From Octopus sinensis (lineage: Eukaryota): 64,000 bases of DNA. This document shows, piece after piece, positions 36,841-48,153 of the stretch. The stretch spans positions 20,956,001 to 21,020,000 of the forward strand of contig NC_043007.1 in NCBI RefSeq assembly GCF_006345805.1, written 5' to 3'. The notes under the pieces are model-generated. The model did not search any database and was not told where the DNA came from. It saw only the letters and a program-made list of their open reading frames with translations. The position numbers were made by a program, and so were the translations under genes. Position 1 is the stretch's first letter; every line of letters starts with the position of its first letter.

Positions 36841-37452
36841 TTAACTCGGATTGCTGGTCCCTCTGTTGGTCGACATTCGGCAGACTCTCTTTATCCCATT
36901 CATTTTCTTCTCATTCAACCTATCATAGTGGCGTCTCCAAGTCTCTCTCTTTGCACCCTCATTAAGTGCAAGTGAACCGTCCTCCTTGCGAACACATTTC
37001 TCTCCTACCACGTCACGATTCTCTCTCACACACTGTCTTGCAACACGAAATACCTCAAGTCTTTCATCCTCACGACGCAGGACATTGGCAAATTTTTCCT
37101 TCTCTGCTTCCCCTCTGGCTAGATAGACCTGTCTCCTGGCTTCCCTTCTGGCAGACTGATACACTTCCCTGCTACCACCGTTCTTCCAGGCCTTCCAAGC
37201 CTGTTTCTTTTGTCTAATAGCCCTGTCAACAATATTGTTCCACCACCACGTTATTTTGGGTCTTAAGGGGACTTTGCACCAGCCACAGATCTGGTCAGCG
37301 GCTTTCAGCAGGTTGTCCCTCAGAAGCGTCCAGTTGTCTTCTACCCCATGCGTAGCTATACTCCCTTCCATTTCGTCTAAAGCTTCAAATAACATATCTC
37401 TAAATCTCTGTCCATTCGCAGGGTCTTTAAGCTTCCAGACCTTCTTCTCCAT
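36841..37452 (-). CDS. RTE ORF segment 2: linker between endonuclease and RT
   Basis: KVWKLKD...TWWWNNIVDRAIRQKKQAWKAWK, typical RTE linker. Confidence 0.9.
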   Translation of the reverse strand: MEKKVWKLKDPANGQRFRDMLFEALDEMEGSIATHGVEDNWTLLRDNLLKAADQICGWCKVPLRPKITWWWNNIVDRAIRQKKQAWKAWKNGGSREVYQSARREARRQVYLARGEAEKEKFANVLRREDERLEVFRVARQCVRENRDVVGEKCVRKEDGSLALNEGAKRETWRRHYDRLNEKKMNGIKRVCRMSTNRGTSNPS

Positions 37453-38309
37453 GTTGGTCGTCTTCTAGTCGCCCTCTTAGTCCTGATCCTAAAGTCACTA
37501 ACTACCAGTCTATGTTGTGGGGTGCATTCTTCACTTGGGAAGGTTTTGGCATTTATAAGCAGCCATCTTTCCCTTTTTCTGGCAAGGATGTAGTCGATTT
37601 GGCTAGTATGCCGGCCCGATCGGTAGGTGACCAGGTGGCTTGTCGGTTTCCTGAAGTTAGTGTTGCAAATCATAAGACTATTCGCATCGCAGAACTCCAG
37701 CAGCCTGGTTCCCTCCTCGTTGCGGGAACCATAACCGTAGCCTCCATGCACGCCATGGAAGCCCCCAGCACGTCGTCCAACATGCCCATTGAAGTCACCA
37801 GCCACAAAGAGAAGGTCTCTGTTGTTCGTCAATGATGTGGTCTGCAGTAGGGTGTCATAGAAACAGTCTTTCTGTCCATCAGGTAGCCCTGGCTGAGGGG
37901 CATAGGCCGATATAATAGTTGCTAAACTATGGTGGAGCACTAATCTAATCTTAATTATTCTGTCACTTACTCTGACTACCTCGATTACCTTATCTACCCA
38001 TTTTTCGGCGATAAGCATGCCCACACCCCCGACTCCGTCAGTATTCCCAGCCCAGAAAATCTTGTACCTCTGTCCTTTGCCTGTGAGGAACCTAGCAGAA
38101 CCTCCTCTCCACCTCACTTCTTGAATGCAGCATATATCAACCCACCTCCGTTCAAGCAATTCAACTATCTCGCCAGATCTGCCTTTCAGTGTGCCGACGT
38201 TGAGGGTGCCAACCCTGAGGCTGTGGGTGGGGGTGGAAGTGGTATTGGTCCTAATAGCGTCATGTACCTGAAAAGAAACTCGCGTTTGGTAGTATTCATA
38301 GACAAACAA
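37377..38309 (-). CDS. RTE ORF segment 1: AP endonuclease
   Basis: GTLNVGTL, ICCIQEVRW, SAYAPQ, GDFNGHVG, QIDYIL, HRLVVSDF motifs. Confidence 0.95.
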   Translation of the reverse strand: MFVYEYYQTRVSFQVHDAIRTNTTSTPTHSLRVGTLNVGTLKGRSGEIVELLERRWVDICCIQEVRWRGGSARFLTGKGQRYKIFWAGNTDGVGGVGMLIAEKWVDKVIEVVRVSDRIIKIRLVLHHSLATIISAYAPQPGLPDGQKDCFYDTLLQTTSLTNNRDLLFVAGDFNGHVGRRAGGFHGVHGGYGYGSRNEEGTRLLEFCDANSLMICNTNFRKPTSHLVTYRSGRHTSQIDYILARKRERWLLINAKTFPSEECTPQHRLVVSDFRIRTKRATRRRPTWRRRSGSLKTLRMDRDLEICYLKL

Positions 38310-38839
38310 TGGAACTTAAGTTCAAACCTCGCATACAACACTAAACATATCTTGCAATGACTGAACACTACCTTTTATGGAAGGAGGTGGGGGTGGCGTA
38401 AGACTTTGAGTGTATAAGGGAGACAAGGATGAGAAAAATGTAGGACTTCCTGTACCGGTGGTGGGGGTGGGTGCACCGCGAAAACCGGGCGGCAGCCATT
38501 TCTTCCTTCCTTGGGAGAGAAATAGTTATTAGTAGCTATAAATAAATACCTAAATTTTGCCTAACCTATGGGAGAAGCGTGGACGATAAGGAGCTATAAA
38601 TTATAAATACATTTATTCTATATATATATATATTCGTGTATATTATTTTATAATAATTACTGGTATTCTTATATATTAATATACTTTATATTTTATATCT
38701 AAAGCATAATATATTATACATGTATGTATATTCTTGTAATTGTCATTTTGGTAAATGAATAAAAATTGACATAATATAATGTCTAAAAGTTGATGAACCA
38801 CCTATTGATCCCCTCCATTTTCTTATTGCTATATATATA

Positions 38840-38860
38840 CTTTATATGTTGTGTGTGTGT

Positions 38861-38952
<92 letters not shown>

Positions 38953-38955
38953 TAT
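38840..38955. repeat. (TA)n microsatellite
   Basis: Direct reading. Confidence 0.95.
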
Positions 38956-39014
38956 ACGGAGATGTACTCGCATAGCAAGCGATTTGATCTGAGATCGTGT
39001 GCTGAAACGAAAAC

Positions 39015-39285
39015 AATTGCAGCGTGGAAGGTGTTTGTAAGCCATTTAAGAAACACACAAAAGCCGTTTGATTCACTTCAACATTTAAGTTTAATTTGTC
39101 AAAATATTTTCGTCGCTTTAAGACCGCGACCTGTTCACTGACAAAAATCCGGATTTTTGTCAATGAACAGGTCGCGGATTTTAGCGACGAAAATATTTTG
39201 ACAAATTAAACTTAAATGTTGAAGTGAATCGAACGGCTTTTGTGAGTTTCTTAAATGGCTTATAAACACCTTCCATGCTGCAATT
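39015..39285. repeat. Loop-less fold-back palindrome (~135-bp arms) with hammerhead-like motifs
   Basis: Axis at 39150/39151 (AAAATCC|GGATTTT); arms nearly identical; (TA)n on both sides. Confidence 0.95.
39095..39145 (-). ncRNA. Variant type I hammerhead-ribozyme-like motif (candidate)
   Basis: UUUGUCA-GUGAACA-G-GUCGC(9 nt)GCGAC-GAAA-AUAUU-U-UGACAAA: 7-bp stem I, G3/C8 swapped core, 5-bp stem II, palindromic stem III. Confidence 0.45.
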
Positions 39286-39354
39286 ATATATATATATATA
39301 TAAAATCAAGGCATAGAGAATAATGGAGAATAATACATCTTCAAAATTTGTTTA

Positions 39355-39537
39355 GTAGCTGTGTGGTAAGAAGCTTGCTTCTCAACCACATGGTTCCGGG
39401 TTCAGTCCCACTGCGTGGCACCTTGGCCAAGTGTCTTCTACTATAGCCTTGAACTGACCAAAGCCTTGTGAGTGGATTTGGTAAATGGAAACTGAAAGAA
39501 ACCCATCTTATATATGCATACATGTATATATATATAT

Positions 39538-39568
<31 letters not shown>

Positions 39569-39788
39569 TACATGTATATATGTATGTATATATCTCTGTG
39601 TGTATGTCCTTGTGTCTGTGTTTGTCCCCTCCCCATCACCACTTGACATCCGGTGCTGGTCTGGTTACATCTTCATAACTTGTCAGTTCAGCAAAAGGGC
39701 CCAATAGAATAAGTACTAGGCTTTAAAAATAAGTTCTGTGGTCAAGACGGTGCTCCAGCATGATTGAAACAAGTAAATGAGTAAAAGA
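39355..39788 (+). mobile_element. SINE family 1
   Basis: Family-1 sequence, diverged. Confidence 0.85.
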
Positions 39789-40256
39789 ATATACTGAATG
39801 GGATTCCACATAGTTTCCAGTTAAGAAATTTGTTCACAAGGCATTGGCTGGGCTGAGGTTATAGTAAAAGACCCCTGGCCAAGGTGCTGCACACGGGGAC
39901 TGAACCAAAAACCACACAACTGCAAAGCGAGCTTCTTAACCACACAGCCATACCAATGTCTTTTCTTAGCAACACAATCAAACTCGGAGGTTCTGATCTT
40001 TTGGACTCGGTTTTTTGAAAAAAAAAAGAAAGAAAAAGAAAAACCACACTAATCATTTCCATGTCCCAAAATAGCCAACATTCGGTACTTTTCATTTGAT
40101 TTTAACAAAATATTCAGTAAATCTCTGCTTGTTTATCTTCTTTTTTCCCATTTTTTTAAAGTTATCCTGTTGCTTAATTTAACCATAAAGTGAGTGTTTC
40201 AAATATTCTTGAGGAAATTTCATTCAATTTTCCAATATTTGTCTTCTCATTTATAC

Positions 40257-40471
40257 TACAAGAAGGCGTTGAAAAGTTCTTGGCTTTAAGGATATTGTGA
40301 GAGGCCTGGTTGGAGGCCCAACATTCTGAGTTCATTTACAGGGCTTAGTGAAACTGAAGGACTACTGCAATAAGTGTGTGAATCTGAAAGGAGAATATGT
40401 TGAATAAAATCATAAAAACCTCTGGTATTTTCTTTCACCCAGGGCCAGGAACTTTCCAGCACCCGCTCGTA
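40257..40471 (+). mobile_element. Mariner-derived MITE, complete
   Basis: TA ends, TIRs (GTTGAAAAGTTCTTGGC / GCCAGGAACTTTCCAGCAC), internal QGLVKLKDYCNKCVNLKGEYVE* matching the mariner transposase C-terminus. Confidence 0.85.
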
Positions 40472-40974
40472 TTTCCTTGCATGGCATTATCTGGACAACA
40501 CAGTTATCTCTTTCCTAAAATATTACAGAATTTGATTAAATTAATCAATGGATTAAGCAACAATTGAGGTCATACTGAAATCAATAATAGTCTGGAATTT
40601 TGTTTTATCAATATTGGAATAATGTCCTCTGGCTAATTTTGAAATGTTTTATTAATGAAGATAGTAAAAGTCATTGGAAAAATTTAAGAAACTTGAGATA
40701 TTAAAAATAAAAGGTAAGTGGTTGGTTATTGAAAACCAAGAGAGAAGTTATTTGCAGAATGACTTGGCTTGGCTTGTTATAATGGATAAGCAAAGTAGAT
40801 CCAAGATCTCGTTTTTGCAAGGATGAGGATAACATTGAGTTGTGATTTTTCTTATACCAATAAGAAATTTATTGAAAGTGACAGTGTGGTTGAGAAGTTT
40901 ACTTCCCAATCAAATGGTTTCAGGTTCAAACCCATTGCATGGCACCATGAACAATCATCTTCTACTATATATTT

Positions 40975-41185
40975 CTTTACTACCCGCAAGGGGCCAAACA
41001 TAGAGGGGACAAACAAGGACAGACAAAGGGATCAAGTCAATTACATCGACCCCAGTGTGAAACTGGTACTTTATTTATCGACCCCGAATGGATGAAAAGC
41101 AAAGTCAACCTCGGCAGAATTTGAACTCAGAACATAATGGCAGACGAAATACCGCTAAGCATTTCGCCCGGCGTGCCAGCTCGCC
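40975..41185 (-). mobile_element. SINE family 2
   Basis: Family-2 sequence. Confidence 0.85.
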
Positions 41186-41453
41186 AGCTTGCCACCTTCT
41201 ACTATAGCCGTAGGCTGACTAATGTGAGTGGGTTTCGTGGATGGAAACTGCAAGAAGCCAATTGTGTGCATGTCTGTGTATGTATATATAATGTATGTGT
41301 GTGTCCACACTGTAAAGGGGTCAGCGTCATGAAAGGTATCCAGCTGTAAAGACCATACTCAAGCAGACAGTGAAGCTTGTTTGGTACAGTTCCCAGGCTT
41401 ACCACCACCTGTCAAACCATCCGACCCATGCCAGCATGGAAAACAGATGTTAA

Positions 41454-41490
<37 letters not shown>

Positions 41491-41867
41491 GTTGGGGTAG
41501 AATCATTAGCACACCAAACAAAATGCTTAGAGGCGTTTCTTTTGGATCTGAGTTCAAATCCTGCCAGGGTCGACTTTGCCTTTCATCCTTTCGGGGTTGA
41601 TAAAATAAAATAGCAATCAAATACTGGAGTTAATGGTTTCATTCTGGTTTCAATCTTTATGTTATGAGTTCAAATTCCACCAAGGCTGACTTTATTTTTC
41701 ATCATTTACAGGTCAATAAGTACTAGTTCAGCTCTGGGGTCAATGTAATCAATTAACCATTGTAATCAATTTCCCACCTAGATGTTGCCTATTGGGGAAA
41801 TAATAATTATTATTGATATTTATTTGAGGTATTAAAAATAAAAGGTAATCTAGTACTTATTCTATCG

Positions 41868-42225
41868 GTGTGGTAAGTAGCTTGCTTACCAATCACATGG
41901 TTCTAGGTTCAGTCCCACTGTGTGGCACCTTGGGCAAGTGTCTTCTACTATAACCTCGGGCCGATCAAAGCCTTGTGAGTGGATTTGGTAAATAGAAACT
42001 GAAAGAAGCCTGTTGTATGTATGTATGTATATATATATATATATATATAAAATTTAGATTCAGAGGAATATGGTACTTAAGTTAAGGCACCAGAATTTAG
42101 TATGGTATTATCCATACAATTTCAAAATAAATTGATGTAATGAAATGATTGTATTGTTCAATTAAATGAATTCGCATGAAACGATCGTACTGCATTACCT
42201 CTGGATATCCTTGTTGCTTATTTTG

Positions 42226-42260
<35 letters not shown>

Positions 42261-42705
42261 AATATATATATATATAATATATATATAATATATATATATA
42301 TATGTTTCTTTCTGTGTCCTTTCTGTAGAAGAGCGTAGGCTCAAAACGTAAAAGACTTTTTCAATTCCTGAGCGTTATACTAATACATCTGTTTGTTTTC
42401 TACACCACCTGTCTTCGTCTTTTGTTTTTTTCATGAATTCTCCCTATATATATATATATATATATATACATATATATATGTATGGATGTATATGTTTCTG
42501 TGTCTGTGTTTGTCCCCTCCAACATCGCTTGACAAGCGATGCTGGTGGGTTTACATCCCCGTAACTTAGTGGTTCAGCAAGAGACCAATAGAATAAGTAC
42601 TGGGCTTACAAAGAATAAGTCCTAGGGTCGATTTGCTCGACTAAAGGCGGTGCTCCAGCATGGCCGCAGTCAAATGAATAACAGAATAAAAGACTAAAAG
42701 AATAA
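41868..42705 (+). mobile_element. SINE family 1 split by inserts inside its internal (TA)n tract
   Basis: 5' half 41868-42020, 3' half 42490-42705; unrelated repeats at ~42050-42225 and 42304-42445. Confidence 0.8.
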
Positions 42706-43349
42706 AAGGATATCAACACATTTGCTGTAAGTTTCCAGGCACCAGAAAACCTTTTACAAATCAAGGTGCAGAATGAATCAACACAAACAATCGTAAACAA
42801 GCAGAACCAGCATTGATATGAATCTTGCTTTACATTTCTTTACATTTCTTTACATTATTCACCAGAAATGTTTGATACAATATTAACCAGCCAAGTTAAC
42901 AAACGAAAACAAAAGGGAATTTTTTTCTTTACATATGTTGTCAGTATTTCAATGCATTTTGCACTAACCACTAATATCTTAACAGAAACTCCATTGCTAT
43001 CAACTGAATGTGTGTGAACCCATTTCTATTGAATTCCACTTTTCATGAAACTGGCTGCATTCATTTGTTTTTTTATTTATTCATTTATTTAATATATTTG
43101 TTTTATTTATTTATTTATGTATTTATTTATCTATTTTTCTAAAGCTTATATAACTCATTTAGCACATATGTTGAATAGAGCTGATATATGGTGTGTATAC
43201 TCAATATACAAATAACTCCCTTTTCTATTTCTATCTTTTACTTGCTTCAGTCATTGGACTGCGGCCAAACTGGAGCACCACCTTGAAGGATTTTTAATCA
43301 AAGAAATCAAACATAGGGATTATTTTTTGCTCCTTCCTTTTTTTTTTCT

Positions 43350-43532
43350 AGGCACAGGAGTGGCTGTGTGGTAAGTCGCTTGCTTACCAACCACATGGTT
43401 CCGGGTTCAGTCCCACTGCGTGACACCTTGGGCAAGTGTCTTCTACTATAGCCTCGGGCCAACCAAAACCTTGTGAGTGGATTTGGTCGACGGAAACTGA
43501 AAGAAGCCCATTGTAATATGTGTATGTATATG

Positions 43533-43596
<64 letters not shown>

Positions 43597-43858
43597 CATA
43601 CACATACATATATATATGTGTGTGTGGGTGTCTGTGTGTGTGTGTATGGTTGTGTGTCTGTGTTTGTCCCCCCAACATCACTTGACAACCGATGCTGGTG
43701 TGTTTACGTCCCTGTAACTTAGCGGCTCAGCAAAAGAGACCGATAGAATAAGTACTAGGCTTACAAAGAATAAGTCCTGGAGTCGATTTGCTCGACTAAA
43801 AGCAGTGCTTCAGCATGGCCACGGTCAAATGACTGAAACGAGTAAAAGAGTAAAAAGA
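43350..43858 (+). mobile_element. SINE family 1
   Basis: Family-1 sequence with long internal (TA)/(TG). Confidence 0.9.
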
Positions 43859-44384
43859 GTATAGAAAATCTTTTTGCCCGGTCCAATATGAACACCAAAC
43901 TATAAAGCTATGCTCCTCACATACAAAGTGCTGTGTCAGCTCATTAATATTCAAAAGATTTATCTCCTGCTTTAGTTATGTGAATGAGTGCAGGGTCAAC
44001 CGCCTTTTCATAAGTGGTGGAACAGGTACAGGAATACAAAAGGCCGCAAGCAAAATACTAAACATGGTGCAGATTCAGACCCAAAACTGAATAACTGCAC
44101 AAGCTGTATTATAGTAAAAGTTATTGTTATGATTGTGCAAGCTATATTGTAGTACAGGTATATGTCTATGGTGTCTGGATTACTAATGTAATAAGTTTAA
44201 AGGGTAGCGAGCTGGCAGAAACATTAGCACGCTGTGCAAAATACTTCATCTGCTGTTTCGTCCTGAGTTCATATTCTGCCAAGGCTAACTTTGCCTTTCG
44301 TTCTTACTTCTTTACTGCCCACAACAGAAGACACTTGCCCAAGGTACCATGAAGTGGGACTGAACTTAAAACCACAGGTATGAG

Positions 44385-44596
44385 AGTTGCTGAAAAGCTC
44401 CTGGCTTTGGGTAAAAGAAAATACAAGTGGATCAGTTACTTATGATTTTATTCAACATATTCCCCCCGTCAGATTCACACACTTCTTGCAGTGGTCCTCC
44501 AGTTTTTCTAAGCCCTATAAAAGAACTCAGAATGTTGGACCTTCAGCCAAGCCTTTCATGATACCCTTAAAACCAGGACCTTTTCAGCACCTCCAA

Positions 44597-44598
<2 letters not shown>
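44385..44598 (-). mobile_element. Mariner-derived MITE
   Basis: Same family as 40257-40471, opposite orientation. Confidence 0.8.
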
Positions 44599-44649
<51 letters not shown>

Positions 44650-44679
44650 ACTAAACTTCATTGGATACTAAACACTGTT

Positions 44680-45197
44680 TACGAAGACCTGTTGAGGCAA
44701 GTGAAATCAAAATCAAAATCAAATTCGATGACTGGCATCTGTGCTAATGGAGTGCTAAGAGTACCATCCGAGCATGATCATTGCCAGAGCAGCTAACTGG
44801 CTTCCATGCCGGTGGCACGTAAAAAGCGCCATTCGAGTGTGATCGTTACCAGCATTGCCTTCCTGGCAATTGTGCTAGTGGCACGTGAAAAAGCATTCAA
44901 GCGAGGTCATTGCCAGTACCACAGGACTGGCTCCTGTGCAGGTGGCACGTAAAAAACACCCTTTGAGTATGGCCATTGCCAGTACCGCATGACTGGCCCT
45001 CGTGCCGGTGGCACGTAAAAGCACCCACTACACTCTCAGAGTGGTTGGTGTTAGGAAGGGCATGCAGCTGTAGAAACTCTGCCAGATCAGTTTGGAGTCT
45101 GGTGCAGCCATCTGGTTCGCCAGACCTCAGTCAAATCGTCCAACCCATGCCAGCATGGAAAGCGGACGTTAAACGATGATGATGATGATGATGATGA

Positions 45198-45200
<3 letters not shown>
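44680..45200 (+). mobile_element. 5'-truncated RTE copy (3' UTR)
   Basis: Starts GAAGACCTGTTGAGGCAAGTGAAATCAAA, internal repeats, terminal block, (GAT)n. Confidence 0.85.
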
Positions 45201-45248
<48 letters not shown>

Positions 45249-45256
45249 CACATATA

Positions 45257-45480
45257 TACATGAGGGAGGGCTGAAAAGTTCCTGGATTTGGTTAAAAGAA
45301 AATACAGGAGGATCAATTAATTATGATTGTATTCAACATATCCCCCTTTCAGATCCACACACTTAATGCACCAGTTCTTCAGTTTTTCTAAGCCCTGTAA
45401 AAGCACTTGGAAGGTTGGGCCTCCAACCACACCTTTCATGACTCCCTTAAAACCAGGAACTGTTCAGCACTCCCTCCGTA
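45257..45480 (-). mobile_element. Mariner-derived MITE, complete
   Basis: TACATGAGGGAGGGCTGAAAAGTTCCTGG ... CCAGGAACTGTTCAGCACTCCCTCCGTA. Confidence 0.85.
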
Positions 45481-45789
45481 TTGTTGTCCTCGTTGTCACA
45501 TCACAAGGGCTACGGCATTGGATATGCTTGTGTCACATCCTTGACGTATAAAACTTTGTTCGTTCTCTCCAAGTCTCCCAGTAATAACACAAAGCAAAGC
45601 TAAGGATAAAACAAAAGATTTCTCTGTTAGAATCTGAAGACGTTTATTGCGAGTGGGAAATATCCCTCCTCATTTGTAGTTAGGCTACAGCTGAGGAGAG
45701 TCGAAGAGATTAAACGTGATTTATTAGCCAATATAAGACACGAGTAAATCTAAGACATAGTTTATGGTAGGGCAACAAGAATACTCATT

Positions 45790-46365
45790 TGTATATATAT
45801 GTATATATGTGTGTGTGTGTGTGTGTGTGCATATATATGTGTGTGTACGTATGCATGTATATGTGTATGTATGTGTATGTATGTGTGTGTGTGTCTATGT
45901 ATATATGTATGTATGTATGTGTGTGTATGTATGTGTATATATGTGTGTGTATGTATGTATGTATGTATGTACGTATGTCTGTATGCATGTGTGTATGTAT
46001 GTATGTTTGTGTGTGTGTATCTATGTATATATGTATGTATGTGTGTATGTAGGTGTGTATGTATGCATGTATGTATATGTATGTATGCATACATGCATGC
46101 ATGTGTGTATGCATGCATGCATGTATGTATTTGTATATGTATGTATGTATATATATATATGAGTGTATATGTTTGTGTATGTATGTATGCATGTTTATGT
46201 ATTTGTCTCTATCTATGTGTGTGTATATATGTATGTATATGTGTATGTATGTATGCATGTATGTGTATTTGTATCTATCTATGTGTGTGTATATGTGTAT
46301 GTGTGTATGCATGTATGTATGTGTGTATGTATGTATGTATGTATGTATGCGTGTGTATATGTATG
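45790..46365. repeat. Degenerate (TG)/(TATG) microsatellite
   Basis: Direct reading. Confidence 0.95.
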
Positions 46366-46644
46366 TATTTAATATCAAAATAGTGATTTATTCCTTCTAC
46401 TTTGTATCACAGTTGGTAATCAATATGTTGTGATGGCTTACAAGTATCCAATCAGGCAATCAGTGGATCTCCGTATTCCTGGTGGCCGGAATGACAAGAG
46501 GAGGAGGTCTGCGACTCAGGTTCCTGGAAATGACTTTTTTTTTTCCGGTTGCTTCAAAAGCACTGAATGATGAAATGAAGCAATTTGGCAGTAAATTATG
46601 GGCAAAGGACCGAGAAAGACCCATGGGAGAACATATACATACAG

Positions 46645-46645
46645 C

Positions 46646-46677
<32 letters not shown>

Positions 46678-47285
46678 TGTCTGTGTGAGTGTGTGTGTGT
46701 GTTTGAGTGTATGTGTGTGTGTGTGTTTGTGTGTGTATGTGTGTGTGTTTGTGTCTGTGTGAGTGTGTGTGTGTTTGAGTGTGTATGTGCTTGAGTGTGT
46801 GTATGTGACTGTATGTGTGTGTGTCTGTGTGTATCTGTGTGTGTGTATCTGTGTGTGTGTCTGTGTGTGTGTGAGTGTTTGTGTGAGTGTTTGTGTGTAT
46901 GTCTGTGTGTGTCTGTGTGTGTGTGTCTGAGTGTGTGTATGTCTGTGTGTATCTCTGTGTGTATTTGTGTGTCTGTGTGTGTGTCTGAATGTGTGTATGT
47001 ATGTCTGTGTGTATCTGTATGTCTGTGTGTGTCTGTGTGTGTGTGTCTGAGTGTGTGTTTGAGTGTGTGTGTGTGTATGTGTGTGTGTTTGTCCCCCACT
47101 GCCACTTGACAACACAACTGGTTTTGGTTTGTGTGTGTCACCATGACTCAGCAGACTGTCAAAAGAGACTGACAGAATAAGTCCTAGGATTTAAAAAATA
47201 AGTACTGGTATTGACTCATCCGGCTAAAACTCTTCAAAGCAATGGACCAGCAATGGCTGCAGTCAGAAGACTGAAACAAGTAAAC
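46645..47285 (+). repeat. ~450-bp (TG)-rich tract running into a SINE-1 3' half
   Basis: Tract ends GTGTTTGTCCCCAC...CACTTGACAAC, the SINE-1 post-microsatellite sequence. Confidence 0.85.
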
Positions 47286-47306
47286 AATCAAAAAAATAAT
47301 ACGTGG

Positions 47307-47662
47307 GTGCAGGAGTGGCTGTGTGGTAAGTAGCTTGCTTACCAACCACATGGTTCCGAGTTCAGTCCCACTGCACAGCACCTTGGGAAAATGTCTTCTA
47401 CTATAGCAACGGGCCGACCAAAGCCTTGTGAGTGGATTTGGTAGATGGAAACTGAAAGAAGCCTGTTGTGTGTGTGTGTCCCTACCATCGCTTGACAACC
47501 AATGCTGGTGTGTTTACGTCCCCGTCACTTAGCAGTTCAGCCAAAAGAGACCGATAAAATAAGTACTAGGTTTACAAAGAATAAGTCCAGGGGTTGATTT
47601 GTTCAACTAAAAGGTGGTGCTCCAGCATGGCCGCAGTCATATTACTGAAACAAGTAAAAGAA
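47307..47662 (+). mobile_element. SINE family 1
   Basis: Family-1 sequence. Confidence 0.9.
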
Positions 47663-47758
47663 AAAAAAGAGATAGATACAGATATGACAGAAGTAAATAG
47701 ACACTTCATAAAACACCGTTTTGTGTTTATTTTAACCTGGAAAGGTTTATATTTCTTA

Positions 47759-48153
47759 CTAGCAGTATTGCTTGGTGTTGCTCAGGTTTGTTTCGACCCT
47801 TTAGAATTGGAATTTTTGAAAAGTAAAAAATTTTGAATTATGTAGCTTGTTATTCTCTTTAAGTGAACATTTTTCTGGTTGAAATACACCGAAAAATGGT
47901 GACACAGCAGTCAAAAAATCGTAAAAAAATAGGGATTTTTATAGGTAAAAAAGCACCTTTTTTATGTAAGTAATTTTTGGTGTTAACATGGTCTGATTTG
48001 AATTTTATCTTCTACGGAATGAAGAGCAAGCCTTCTTCTATCATACTCTTAATTTTGGTCAACTTGCGCCGCGGGGTCTCGGAGGAGATAGTGTTAGTTG
48101 AAGGCTACCAAACCTGCCACACACAGACAACTTCAACTTTATATATATAGAGA
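47759..48153 (-). mobile_element. Helitron-like element
   Basis: A-CTAG on the left, GAGA-T on the right; copy of 9371-9762. Confidence 0.8.

Larger units (their letters stand above)
33500..38525 (-). mobile_element. Near full-length RTE-clade LINE
   Basis: 5' UTR, APE-RT ORF (35195-38309), 1.7-kb repeat-expanded 3' UTR ending in (GAT)n inside a (TA)n tract. 5' boundary approximate. Confidence 0.95.

Noticed and set aside
36173-38360. Plus-strand ORFs 36173-36592, 37512-37835 and others over the LINE
   Set aside because: Antisense shadows of the RTE ORF.
42140-42200. GAAACGATCGTA with palindromic ACGATCGT as a hammerhead half (related copy at 50640-50705)
   Set aside because: The upstream core reads TTGATGT in both copies and no stem I can be formed.
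1362-47836. Recurrent ORFs ending ...VYQIHSQGFGRPEAIVEDTCPRCHAVGLNPEP or ...ASFSFRLPNPLTRLWSARGYSRRH
   Set aside because: Chance frames through SINE family 1; the frames differ between copies.
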